DNA of 64,000 bases, taken from Candidatus Uhrbacteria bacterium. Its GTDB lineage: Bacteria; Patescibacteriota; Patescibacteriia; UBA9934; GWF2-40-263. The DNA lies in contig JACPHX010000003.1 in assembly GCA_016188425.1 (NCBI GenBank), forward strand, positions 18,606 through 82,605, in the 5' to 3' direction. A program made the translations under genes and the position numbers. Below the pieces are notes generated by a model. The model did not search any database. It saw only the letters and a program-made list of their open reading frames with translations, and had not been told where the DNA came from. Positions 19,467 to 28,453 of this stretch are shown piece after piece; position 1 is the first letter of the stretch; every line of letters starts with the position of its first letter.

Positions 19467-20423
19467 ATGAAAAATATGAAAACTTTAATCACTAAATCGC
19501 AGCTCGCGAACTTCCCAGTACCGTACCTGTCGATGTCCGCGATCCGCAATTACCTGACTGACAGACAGTCGTTCTTCAGACGCTATGTGCGCCTTGAATT
19601 CGACGAGAAAGAAAGCCCCGCCCTACTCGAAGGCAAAACCCTTCATGCGATTATCGAAGGCTATTGGAAAGCCAAGCAGGAAGGCAAAGAATTTAACTGG
19701 AGCGAAGCGGTCGATCTGGCTCTGCAGGATTTTAGTCAACGAGATGTCGCAGGCGTGGTCGACTGGGGAAAAACAGGAAGCTTTGAGAAATCCGCAAAGA
19801 GCGTGATCCAAGCGGCTGAATTTTATCAGGCAGCTATACCCGACTACAAAGAAATCGTGGCCGTGGAAAAGAAATTCGTTTCCGACTTCGAAGACCTCGA
19901 CGGCAAAACCATGCCGATAGCCCTGAAAGGCTTCTGCGATTTGATCGTAAAAGACGGAGACGATTACATCATCGTCGACCACAAAACGGTGACCATGGTG
20001 AAAGAGCAAAATGAATTGGCGCCAGCCTTTGAAATGCAAGCAGCAGTTTACTGGTTCCTGATCCGCAAAGAGTTCGGAGTGAACCCTAAGAGAATGATCT
20101 TCGACCAGATCAAGAAGACAAAATGCCGCGACGGATCACCGCAGGTCGTGCCGTATGTGATCGAATACACTCCCGTGATTCTGCAACGCTTCCTCGAGAT
20201 TTACGGCCGCGTGGTGCGAGAGCTTGCTGGCCAACCGCTTATCGACGAAGAGACGGGCATCGTGCAATTCCTGCCAAACCCATTCGCCGCCTTCGGCTGG
20301 GAAGAGTCATGGCAGGACTTCTGCGAAGAGGTCGATACGCAGAGGCAGTGGACGCTCGGCGAAATCAAAACGATCCAGCAAAACCGCTACTCCGACAAGG
20401 GAGTGGAAGCTTTGGATATCTAG
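19467..20423 (+). CDS. PD-(D/E)xK family exonuclease (RecB/Cas4-like), probable partner of RecT
   Basis: GFCDLIVKDGDDYIIVDHKT is a D..E.K catalytic motif. Start at MKNMKTLITK. Confidence 0.65.
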   Translation: MKNMKTLITKSQLANFPVPYLSMSAIRNYLTDRQSFFRRYVRLEFDEKESPALLEGKTLHAIIEGYWKAKQEGKEFNWSEAVDLALQDFSQRDVAGVVDWGKTGSFEKSAKSVIQAAEFYQAAIPDYKEIVAVEKKFVSDFEDLDGKTMPIALKGFCDLIVKDGDDYIIVDHKTVTMVKEQNELAPAFEMQAAVYWFLIRKEFGVNPKRMIFDQIKKTKCRDGSPQVVPYVIEYTPVILQRFLEIYGRVVRELAGQPLIDEETGIVQFLPNPFAAFGWEESWQDFCEEVDTQRQWTLGEIKTIQQNRYSDKGVEALDI

Positions 20424-20444
20424 CAATTATCACTATGTAAACCT

Positions 20445-21248
20445 ATGGCGAGACCAGAAAAGAACACAGTCGATTATTTTCCTCACTACGTATACAGCGG
20501 TAAAACGCTGTTTACGGTTGAGCAGCGTTTTGGAAACGACGGCTATGCTTTTCTGTTCAAAATTCTGGAAGTATTGGGCAAGACCGAAAACCATTTTATT
20601 GACTGCAGAAAACCCGAGGATTACGAGTATCTGCTCGCAATAACCAAGGTGAGCCGAGATAAGGCGGAAGAAATCATGGCACTGCTCACGACTCTCGGAA
20701 CTTTTGATGCGGATTTGTGGAAGCATCGGATCATCTACAGCGATAATTTTATAAAAAATCTGGAAGGAGTTTACGAGAGGCGAAAAAGGAAAACGCTGAC
20801 GAAACAGGATTTATGCAAACAATTATCCATTAAATGCAAACAGAAACCCGCCTCAAGATCATTACCGTCCGCCGAAACACCACAAAGTAAAGTAAAGGAG
20901 AGTAAAGAAAAGAAAAGTGAAGGAGAGAAAAGTATAGGAGATAGTGACGGAATTTCTGACGAAATTCCTCCATCCCAAGAAGCGAGAGGTTATTTTGAAA
21001 AAATTTTGGGGATGAATTTACCCGAAGGCGATATGGAAAGACAGTTTGCGGAATATTGGACGGAAAAAAATAAAAACGGAAACAAACAAAGATGGGAATT
21101 GGAAAAAACTTTTGAGGTTAAAAAGAGACTGGCTACATGGCGCCGCAAAACCGAAGAATATAATTCAAAATTTTATGGAAAAAATCAGCGAGATAATCAC
21201 AGAGACGGACAAGTCTCAACCGAAGGACACGCAGACTTGGTCGTGTAG
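20445..21248 (+). CDS. Phage replisome organiser / replication initiation protein N-terminal domain (DUF4373-like)
   Basis: N-terminus DYFPHYVYSGKTLFTVEQRFGNDGYAFLFKILEVLG resembles the DUF4373 replisome organiser domain. Low-complexity Lys/Glu-rich tail. Confidence 0.5.
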   Translation: MARPEKNTVDYFPHYVYSGKTLFTVEQRFGNDGYAFLFKILEVLGKTENHFIDCRKPEDYEYLLAITKVSRDKAEEIMALLTTLGTFDADLWKHRIIYSDNFIKNLEGVYERRKRKTLTKQDLCKQLSIKCKQKPASRSLPSAETPQSKVKESKEKKSEGEKSIGDSDGISDEIPPSQEARGYFEKILGMNLPEGDMERQFAEYWTEKNKNGNKQRWELEKTFEVKKRLATWRRKTEEYNSKFYGKNQRDNHRDGQVSTEGHADLVV

Positions 21249-21993
21249 TGACTGCCGCGATCGCGGCTTTACCGAAACCTCCGTGTTCTATCAAGCCTTC
21301 GGCATGAGCGACAAACATTTCTGCCCTGAATGCGAGAGAGGCCGCGCCATGTACGAATCGTGGCGAAACGAACCCGAGAGGCAGGCCATACAGCGTGCAT
21401 GGAAACAGGAAAAAATTGAGCGCGCTCTGCGAATATCCGAGATCGATGGCCTATTTCGGGAAAAGCGGCTGAATAATTTAAAAAACTGCCCGAAACTTCA
21501 TGATGAAATCGCCAAGTACCTTAAGAACTGGAAAACCATGAAACAACACGGTTACGGCTTCTACTTCTGGGGCAATGTCGGTGCTGGCAAAACACACACG
21601 GCGATTGTACTGGCCAATGAACTCATGGAGCGAGAAATGGTTGAAGTACTCTTCCTAAACATTCCCGAGACGATCACGCGCATAAAAAATACCTTTGACA
21701 GCGAGATCAAATCCGAAGACTCAAGACTCTTTGACCGCATGAAGGAAATGGAAATGCTCGTACTCGATGATATTGGCGTTGAAAAGTATTCCGATTGGCT
21801 GTCTGACCAGATGTATCAAATAATCGACCACCGCTGGAAAAACCGCAAACCGATGGTGCTGACTTCAAACCTTTCCCTTGAAGACCTGAGCAAGAAATAC
21901 AAACCGCAGGTCGCTTCACGGATCAGGGGCTGCTGTAAAGCAATCCGTTTCAATGAGCAAGATCGCAGGCAACAATCAGCTCCTCTTTTTTAA
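21175..21993 (+). CDS. DnaC/IstB-like AAA+ helicase loader
   Basis: Walker A GNVGAGKTH and Walker B MLVLDDIG. Start at MEKISEI (ATG 21175) overlapping the end of the previous gene; the true start could be further upstream. Confidence 0.7.
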   Translation: MEKISEIITETDKSQPKDTQTWSCSDCRDRGFTETSVFYQAFGMSDKHFCPECERGRAMYESWRNEPERQAIQRAWKQEKIERALRISEIDGLFREKRLNNLKNCPKLHDEIAKYLKNWKTMKQHGYGFYFWGNVGAGKTHTAIVLANELMEREMVEVLFLNIPETITRIKNTFDSEIKSEDSRLFDRMKEMEMLVLDDIGVEKYSDWLSDQMYQIIDHRWKNRKPMVLTSNLSLEDLSKKYKPQVASRIRGCCKAIRFNEQDRRQQSAPLF

Positions 21994-22002
21994 CAAACTA
22001 CC

Positions 22003-22365
22003 ATGAGACATTTTTACCACAACAACGGCAACAAATTCGGAAACCGCAAAACAACGGTCGACGGCATCGAATTTGCGAGCGCCAAGGAAGCTCGACGCTA
22101 CATGGAGCTCAAACTTCTGCAAAGGACTGGAGAGATCAAGAACCTGAAAGTGCAACCGCGCTTCGAACTACTTCCATCGTTCAGGCATGAAGGCAAAGCG
22201 GAACGGAAGATCGAGTATGTTGCGGACTTCAGCTACACCACAAAGGACGGCGAAAAGATTGTTGAAGACGTCAAATCAATCATTACAAAAAACCATCCTG
22301 TCTACCGTCTCAAGAGGAAGCTTCTCCTCTTCAGGCATAAGGATTTTACATTCTTAGAAACTTAA
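22003..22365 (+). CDS. DUF1064 phage protein
   Basis: GNRKTTVDGIEFASAKEARRYMELKLLQRTGEIKNLKVQPRFEL matches the DUF1064 family common in phage replication modules. Confidence 0.55.
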   Translation: MRHFYHNNGNKFGNRKTTVDGIEFASAKEARRYMELKLLQRTGEIKNLKVQPRFELLPSFRHEGKAERKIEYVADFSYTTKDGEKIVEDVKSIITKNHPVYRLKRKLLLFRHKDFTFLET

Positions 22366-22370
22366 AGTTT

Positions 22371-22574
22371 ATGGAAAACATCCCTATCAAAACGGCTCGC
22401 GGCAACTACATTCTCTTCAAATATCTCGTAAAAGAAGGGGCTCCGCTAGTAGAAATCAAAGACCGAAATAAGAAATTTTGGTATTATAAATTCGAGAACG
22501 GAGAGTTCAAAGTCGTAACCGTCACATCAAAGTCCCTCTTCGAGGAACTTCCCGAACTGCTTGAAAATGCATAG
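22371..22574 (+). CDS. Hypothetical phage protein
   Basis: 67-aa ORF in the operon. Confidence 0.35.
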   Translation: MENIPIKTARGNYILFKYLVKEGAPLVEIKDRNKKFWYYKFENGEFKVVTVTSKSLFEELPELLENA

Positions 22575-22670
22575 GCTCGGCCTATACTCAAGCAAATATC
22601 GGAACCCAGTCTTAAAGACCATTTGCCCGCAAAAACGGGCTTCGCATGGTCTTTTTTTAATTTTACCCCT

Positions 22671-23927
22671 ATGAAAATCGAACAAGTAAACATCGAACAA
22701 CTCATCTTCGCGGATTACAACCCGCGCGCCTCGACCGAAAAGGAAGAGCAAGAACTCAAGAAATCCATTGAGCGTTTTGGCTTTGTGGAGCCTGTGATCG
22801 TGAACAGCGACGCCAAAAGAAAAAACATTATCATCGGCGGACACTTCCGCGTGCGCATGGCCAAGAAAATGGGCATCAAAGAAGTGCCCGTGCATTACAT
22901 CAAAATCAGCGACATCAAAAAGGAAAAGGAACTGAATCTCCGCCTCAACAAAAACTTGGGACACTGGGACATGGATCTGCTCGCGAACTTCGACGAAGAA
23001 ACGCTTCTCGACGTGGGTTTTGATTCGGCCGAGATTGATCAGCTCTTCCTGAACCTCGATCCAGACGACAAGGACGACGAAGTGCCCGAGCTGCCAGAAA
23101 CGGCCGTCTCAAAGCTGGGTGAAATCTACCTGCTCGGCGAACACCGCCTGATGTGCGGAGACTCAACCAGCAAAGAGGATGTGGCTAAGCTCATGAACAA
23201 CCAGAAAGCCGACATGGTCTTCACCGATCCTCCCTACAACGTGAACTACAAAGGGTCGGGCGAAAAGACCAAGAACCACATCAAGAATGACAACATGAGC
23301 GACGACGCCTTCACTGACTTTCTGACCAAGTCATTTCAGAACTACCGCGAATCAATGAAGGCTGGCTCGGGTATTTATGTCTTTCACAGCTCATCAACGC
23401 AACGGCAATTCGAAGGCGCCTTGGAAAAGACGGGATTCGAAGTGAAGAGCCAACTCATCTGGAATAAGCCGTCGAGCGCGCTCGGCTGGGGCGATTACCG
23501 ATGGAAACATGAACCGTTCTTTTACGCTGGAATCAAGGGCGAAAAGATACAGTTTTACGGCGACCGCTCCCACTCGAGCGTCTGGGACTTTCAGAAATCG
23601 GAAAAGGAATTGCTCTCATGGGCTCAACGCATGAAACGTTATGAGCAGCAAGGAAAAACCACAGTATGGAGTATGTCCCGCAGTAATGTGCAGGAATACG
23701 TCCATCCAACGCAAAAGCCCGTTGAGCTCGTCTCCTACGCCATCGTAAACAGCAGCAAATCTGGAGATATCGTGCTCGACCTGTTTATGGGCTCGGGCTC
23801 GGCTTTGATTGCCTGCGAGAAAACCCACCGCGTGTCTTACGGCATGGAACTCGACCCGAAATACGTCGACGTGATCGTAAAACGCTGGGAAGACTTCACG
23901 GGCAAGAAGGCCAAAAAATCCTCCTAA
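22671..23927 (+). CDS. ParB-like nuclease domain fused to a DNA methyltransferase (beta-class N6A/N4C)
   Basis: N-terminal ParB/Srx fold (NPRASTEKEEQELKKSIERFGFVEPVIV...GGHFRVRMA). MTase motif IV DMVFTDPPYNV, then motif I VLDLFMGSGSALIA in beta-class order. Confidence 0.85.
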   Translation: MKIEQVNIEQLIFADYNPRASTEKEEQELKKSIERFGFVEPVIVNSDAKRKNIIIGGHFRVRMAKKMGIKEVPVHYIKISDIKKEKELNLRLNKNLGHWDMDLLANFDEETLLDVGFDSAEIDQLFLNLDPDDKDDEVPELPETAVSKLGEIYLLGEHRLMCGDSTSKEDVAKLMNNQKADMVFTDPPYNVNYKGSGEKTKNHIKNDNMSDDAFTDFLTKSFQNYRESMKAGSGIYVFHSSSTQRQFEGALEKTGFEVKSQLIWNKPSSALGWGDYRWKHEPFFYAGIKGEKIQFYGDRSHSSVWDFQKSEKELLSWAQRMKRYEQQGKTTVWSMSRSNVQEYVHPTQKPVELVSYAIVNSSKSGDIVLDLFMGSGSALIACEKTHRVSYGMELDPKYVDVIVKRWEDFTGKKAKKSS

Positions 23928-23974
23928 CATGTGACGCTTGTTACACGGACGGGGGTGCTTACTAACTCACTTTT

Positions 23975-24325
23975 ATGCAAGGCAAGAAAACTACAGCTCG
24001 GGACAAAAAACTCTTCCTTGCGGCGCTACAACGCCGCAAAGGGATTGTTACGCTTGCCTGCAAAGAAGTGAACATAAGCTCAATGACCTTTTACCGATGG
24101 CAAAAAGACGATCCTGATTTTTACCAGAAATCAGAGGAAATCCGATACATCGAAATCGGCATTATCGCCGAAGACAGGCTTGCGGAAGCCATCATCGTAA
24201 ACAAGGACATGAACATGGTGCGCTTCTATCTGCAAACCAGAAATCATAAATACATGATGAAGCAACAACTTCAGTTCGAAGACCCAACCATCGAGCTGGC
24301 CAAATTATTATCCAAAGACGAATGA
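23975..24325 (+). CDS. Terminase small subunit (putative)
   Basis: 116 aa with HTH-like ITLACKEVNISSMTFYRWQK, directly upstream of and overlapping TerL. Confidence 0.5.
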   Translation: MQGKKTTARDKKLFLAALQRRKGIVTLACKEVNISSMTFYRWQKDDPDFYQKSEEIRYIEIGIIAEDRLAEAIIVNKDMNMVRFYLQTRNHKYMMKQQLQFEDPTIELAKLLSKDE

Positions 24326-25704
24326 TCATAGACCTGCCAAAAACTTACCGAGGGTTGAACCTGTTTGGGGAGAAATACTTCAAACGGCCATTCACGGAAT
24401 ACCAGCGGACGATCGCCGAACAGATTCTCCGTACTATTTTTGTGGGAGGCGGTGAAGAGGTGTTCATCGAGGTATCAAGGCAAGCGGGAAAAACCACGGC
24501 CGTCGTGGATGCGATCGCCTACCTCATGACGTTTGCCCACCACTTCTTCCCAACGCCTCTAGCGATCGGCATTTTTGCTCCTCAAAAAGAACAGGCAAAA
24601 ACGGACTTCGATCGTCTCAAAGAAAACCTGCGCATATTGAAAACCATCTACCGATTAGATTTTGAAGAGTCTAACGGAACCACTCTCAAGCTCGGCAACG
24701 GCAATACGATTTACTGTTTCTCGCTCTCGCCAACGTCACACTTGGAAAGCAAATCGCTCCATCTGGCCATTATTGAGGAAGCCCAAAAGATCGACGACGA
24801 AAAGGCGAAGAATGAAGTTTTCCCGATGTTGGCTTCAACCAATGGCAGCAAGATATTCATCGGCTCGGGCGGATATCAACTGTGCAATTTCTATCGAGGA
24901 ATTGAGAACGGCAAGAACGTATTCAAGTACGACTATCAGCAAGTGATCGCAGACAAAGAACGCCTGCACGCCAAAACAAAGAACCGCATGCACCTTAAAT
25001 ACAAAGACTTTATCGAGGGCGAAAAGGAACGCTACCGCGAAGACAGCGACTACTTTCAAACGCAGTACGCGCTTGAATGGAAAATAGGACGCGGAATGCT
25101 TATAACCAAGGTCGATCTCGAAAAGCTCAGGCGAGACTACAACGTGAAGCTGCCGTACGAAAACCCCGTGTATGTTGGCTGGGATATTGCCAAAGAGGAA
25201 GACGAAAGCGTGATGACTGTAATCGGTTGGGACGAAGACCTGAAAAAATACAAAATCCTGTGCTGGTTGGCGATGAAGGGCGATGACTATACCGAACAGG
25301 TCGAGATTGTGGCGAAGGAGCTTACCAAGTTTAAGCATGTCATGAAGATCTGCATTGACGCCACGGGCGTCGGCGATCCAGTGGTCGATAACTTCAAGAA
25401 ACAAACCCGCTACAACACCGAACCTGTGAAATTCAGCCTGCAGACCAAGGATACGCTCTACAAGAACTTGATCAAGGTACTGCGAGATGAAGAACTCACA
25501 TACCAAAACGGTCACAAGTACGCTCCTAAATTCGAGAATCAAATGCTGGACATGGTCAAGGAATACAAGGGCGAATTCCTGTCGTGCCATCACCCAGAGA
25601 AAGCGGGCGCGCACGACGACTTCCCAGACAGCCTCGCCCTCGCACTTTATAAAGCAAGAAAAATAACCGACGTGAATCTTAATCGTCACGATCTCGGACT
25701 TTAA
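24322..25704 (+). CDS. Terminase large subunit
   Basis: Walker A VSRQAGKTTAV, Walker B LAIIEEAQ, and a C-terminal nuclease-fold region. Position before the portal. Confidence 0.8.
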   Translation: MIIDLPKTYRGLNLFGEKYFKRPFTEYQRTIAEQILRTIFVGGGEEVFIEVSRQAGKTTAVVDAIAYLMTFAHHFFPTPLAIGIFAPQKEQAKTDFDRLKENLRILKTIYRLDFEESNGTTLKLGNGNTIYCFSLSPTSHLESKSLHLAIIEEAQKIDDEKAKNEVFPMLASTNGSKIFIGSGGYQLCNFYRGIENGKNVFKYDYQQVIADKERLHAKTKNRMHLKYKDFIEGEKERYREDSDYFQTQYALEWKIGRGMLITKVDLEKLRRDYNVKLPYENPVYVGWDIAKEEDESVMTVIGWDEDLKKYKILCWLAMKGDDYTEQVEIVAKELTKFKHVMKICIDATGVGDPVVDNFKKQTRYNTEPVKFSLQTKDTLYKNLIKVLRDEELTYQNGHKYAPKFENQMLDMVKEYKGEFLSCHHPEKAGAHDDFPDSLALALYKARKITDVNLNRHDLGL

Positions 25705-25721
25705 TCATTTAACTAACCCAT

Positions 25722-27137
25722 ATGAGCGACATCACAACACAATTCCCGACCAATGATGACTTTAACCGCGTTGCCAAACTGAACAATTACTACAACGTGT
25801 TCAAAGGGCTTCATAGCAAGGTATTCAAACTCAAAAGCTACTTCGAGGAAGACAGCAAGAAAAAGACGCTGCTCTATCTCGCGTACAACGTCGGCCAGAT
25901 AGTATCGCTGACCGCCGCCGACTTTCTGTTCGGCGAGCAACTAAAGATTCAGACCAACGAATCCGAAGATCAAAAGCCGATGGAAAAGAAAATCAATACC
26001 ATCATTCAAAACAACTACCTCGACGAAAAGCTCTATCAAAGCGCCGTCATGCAGGACGTGGCTGGCTTTGCCATAATTACCGTACGGCAAAAGGATAAAG
26101 CGGCAATCATCGAGGAAGTGCCATACGACAATTACTACCCCGACTTCACGGGCGTGCGTCTCGGCGAGGAGCCTCGGCAAATCGTGATCGCTTCCTACGT
26201 CGACCTCGTGAATCCGAAGAACCAAAAAAAGGAAACCTTCCTCTACAAGCAAATCCACAAACTTGAAAACAGCAAAGGCAAAATCGTGCATGAGCTCTGG
26301 ACGACCACGCCCGACATGAAGCAATCGCAACTGACTGAACTGGCATTATTCAGCGCCGATCTGCCAGCCGAGGAAGATACGGAGCTGGACTACATACCAA
26401 TTTTCCAGATTGATAACTTCAAGACGGTAAAGGAACGCTTCGGAATCTCCACTTACGAAAGCGTGATGAATTTGTTTGAGGAAATAAACGACCGCATTAC
26501 GCAAATCTCCGTGCAGCTTATTAAGCACCTGAATTCAAAGGTGGCTGTTGGCGAGGGCGTGCTCAGCAAAAAGGGCGAAATAGATAGTACTCAGGATATC
26601 TTCCTCGTTGAAAAGGGCGACATCATTCCGCAATACATCACCAATTCCAATCCGCTTATCGAGGAAGGATTTAAGCAGATCGAAGGACTCATTCGTCAGA
26701 TTTGCACAGTCACGCAGACACCTGCATCGTTTTTGGGGTTAGATGATAAAGGCGGAGTGGAAAAGGTTGAAACGGCAAAGCTCCGTATGGCCTCATTCCT
26801 CAAGAAGATCAAACGCAAGCAACGTAGTTACGAGGCCAAGCTGGTGGATATTTTGAAGACGGCGTTGTTCTTTGAAGGCGCCAAGAAATTTCCAGACAAC
26901 GTCGACATCTCTTTCGCATGGGACTTGGGATTGCCGCGTGATTTATTTACCGAAGCGCAAACGCATCAGATCATGGTTGAAAGCGGCATGGAAAGCAAAG
27001 AGACGGCCATTCGAGAGCTCAAAGGCTTTGACGGTGAGACATTGCAAAACGAGCTCGATAAGATCGAAAAACAAAATGAAATGTCGACCTACCAGATAGA
27101 TCAAGCACGCAAGCAGATTCCTGATATCAGCCTTTAA
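25722..27137 (+). CDS. Portal protein (putative)
   Basis: 471 aa, immediately after TerL and before the head morphogenesis gene. Call is by position; I recognise no strong motif. Confidence 0.55.
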   Translation: MSDITTQFPTNDDFNRVAKLNNYYNVFKGLHSKVFKLKSYFEEDSKKKTLLYLAYNVGQIVSLTAADFLFGEQLKIQTNESEDQKPMEKKINTIIQNNYLDEKLYQSAVMQDVAGFAIITVRQKDKAAIIEEVPYDNYYPDFTGVRLGEEPRQIVIASYVDLVNPKNQKKETFLYKQIHKLENSKGKIVHELWTTTPDMKQSQLTELALFSADLPAEEDTELDYIPIFQIDNFKTVKERFGISTYESVMNLFEEINDRITQISVQLIKHLNSKVAVGEGVLSKKGEIDSTQDIFLVEKGDIIPQYITNSNPLIEEGFKQIEGLIRQICTVTQTPASFLGLDDKGGVEKVETAKLRMASFLKKIKRKQRSYEAKLVDILKTALFFEGAKKFPDNVDISFAWDLGLPRDLFTEAQTHQIMVESGMESKETAIRELKGFDGETLQNELDKIEKQNEMSTYQIDQARKQIPDISL

Positions 27138-27342
27138 CCCGATACCGTATGAGCTACAACACCCATCCTAATCCTTACCAAAAGCACCTCACCTCCGAGG
27201 AAGTGCTGCAAAAGCGACTTGAAAACATAGATCGCAATTGGCTGAAGTACGCAAAGGTCGCGTTGATTTGCCATCTTCTGTTGCTAGTCTTTCTATTCAC
27301 GGTGATCGTGACGGTGCGTTTCGCATTCTTAATTTTTTAACT

Positions 27343-28113
27343 ATGGCCAACGAAAGTAAACTCATCAACATATACCGCCGAGCGACGCGCCAGCTCGAGA
27401 CGACTGTCAGGCGTGCCGATCCAAGGAAACCAATAATTCTGATTCGGAAAGTGATCATGGGAGACATCAACAAGATTGCTGCAGACCTTGAGCGCGAAAC
27501 AAAGAACTGGCTCGTTGTTGAAATTCCACAGGAATACAAAAAAGGCAGTCAACAAGCCGTGGACGACGCTGGGAAACTCGGACTTACATTCGACAAGACT
27601 GGCTTCGGACAAGTTCACAAAGAAGCCATTCAAGCTCTGACCGAAGACGCTTATCTCGACTTTGCATCTGGCATCGAGGGTGTGCGACGCGCTGGCCGAG
27701 GATTTGTGAGCGACATCGTAAAGAAGAAAATCAATGAACGTATCGTCTCAGGGCAACTCGAAGGCAAAGCTTTGGACAACGTGAAGCGCGAAGTAAAGCA
27801 ACTCGTCGAAGACACTGGATTCACCGCGCTGGTAGACCGAGGCGGAAAGCATTGGGCTATCGATAGTTACGCCGAAATGCTCGTGCGCACGCATGTGATC
27901 AAAGCCAACGGTGAAGGGACAAGAAATCGCTTATTGAGCAATCGGGTGGACTTGGTCGAGATCTCCACTCATGCCACAGCGTGCCCGATCTGCCAGCCCT
28001 ATGAGGGCAGAGTTTATAGCCTGACTGGGAAAAGTGAGGGGTACGATAAAGCGCCTGAATTGCCGATCCATCCGAACTGCAGACACAGCTATATGCCTTA
28101 TATAGAGGATTAA
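27343..28113 (+). CDS. Head morphogenesis protein (Mu F / SPP1 gp7-like minor capsid protein)
   Basis: C-terminal CPICQPYEGRVY...HPNCRHSYMPY is the characteristic Mu F-like motif. Confidence 0.7.
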   Translation: MANESKLINIYRRATRQLETTVRRADPRKPIILIRKVIMGDINKIAADLERETKNWLVVEIPQEYKKGSQQAVDDAGKLGLTFDKTGFGQVHKEAIQALTEDAYLDFASGIEGVRRAGRGFVSDIVKKKINERIVSGQLEGKALDNVKREVKQLVEDTGFTALVDRGGKHWAIDSYAEMLVRTHVIKANGEGTRNRLLSNRVDLVEISTHATACPICQPYEGRVYSLTGKSEGYDKAPELPIHPNCRHSYMPYIED

Positions 28114-28228
28114 CGGATTTCCACAGGCATAAGCCCCGAAATGGGGCTATTTTGGTCTTGAAAAATAATCTCAAAGTGGTACTATAATGATGACGCTGTC
28201 CTGCAAACACTTAATTACATGCAATATT

Positions 28229-28450
28229 ATGGCAGAGAATAAACAACCCGAAAAAACCATAGGGCAAAAAATCAAAGAATTGCGTAAAAAAAAGGATTTA
28301 ACGCAAGAGGGTTTGGCGCGCAAAGCTGATCTTCCGTATACCACTCTTGTTAAAATTGAAGGCGACGCGATTCAGAATCCTACGCTCGATACTATTACAA
28401 AAATAGCAGCGGGATTGGAAGTCTCTTTGGATGATTTAATAAACTCATAA
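28229..28450 (+). CDS. XRE-family HTH regulator, candidate controller (C-protein-like) of the downstream Type I R-M genes
   Basis: IGQKIKELRKKKDLTQEGLARKADLPYTTLVKIEGDAIQNPTLDTITKIAAGL is a textbook XRE HTH. Its stop lies 3 nt before the hsdM start. Confidence 0.7.
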   Translation: MAENKQPEKTIGQKIKELRKKKDLTQEGLARKADLPYTTLVKIEGDAIQNPTLDTITKIAAGLEVSLDDLINS

Positions 28451-28453
28451 TCT

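Noticed and set aside
24835-25689. 284-aa minus-strand ORF
   Set aside because: Antisense to the terminase large subunit.
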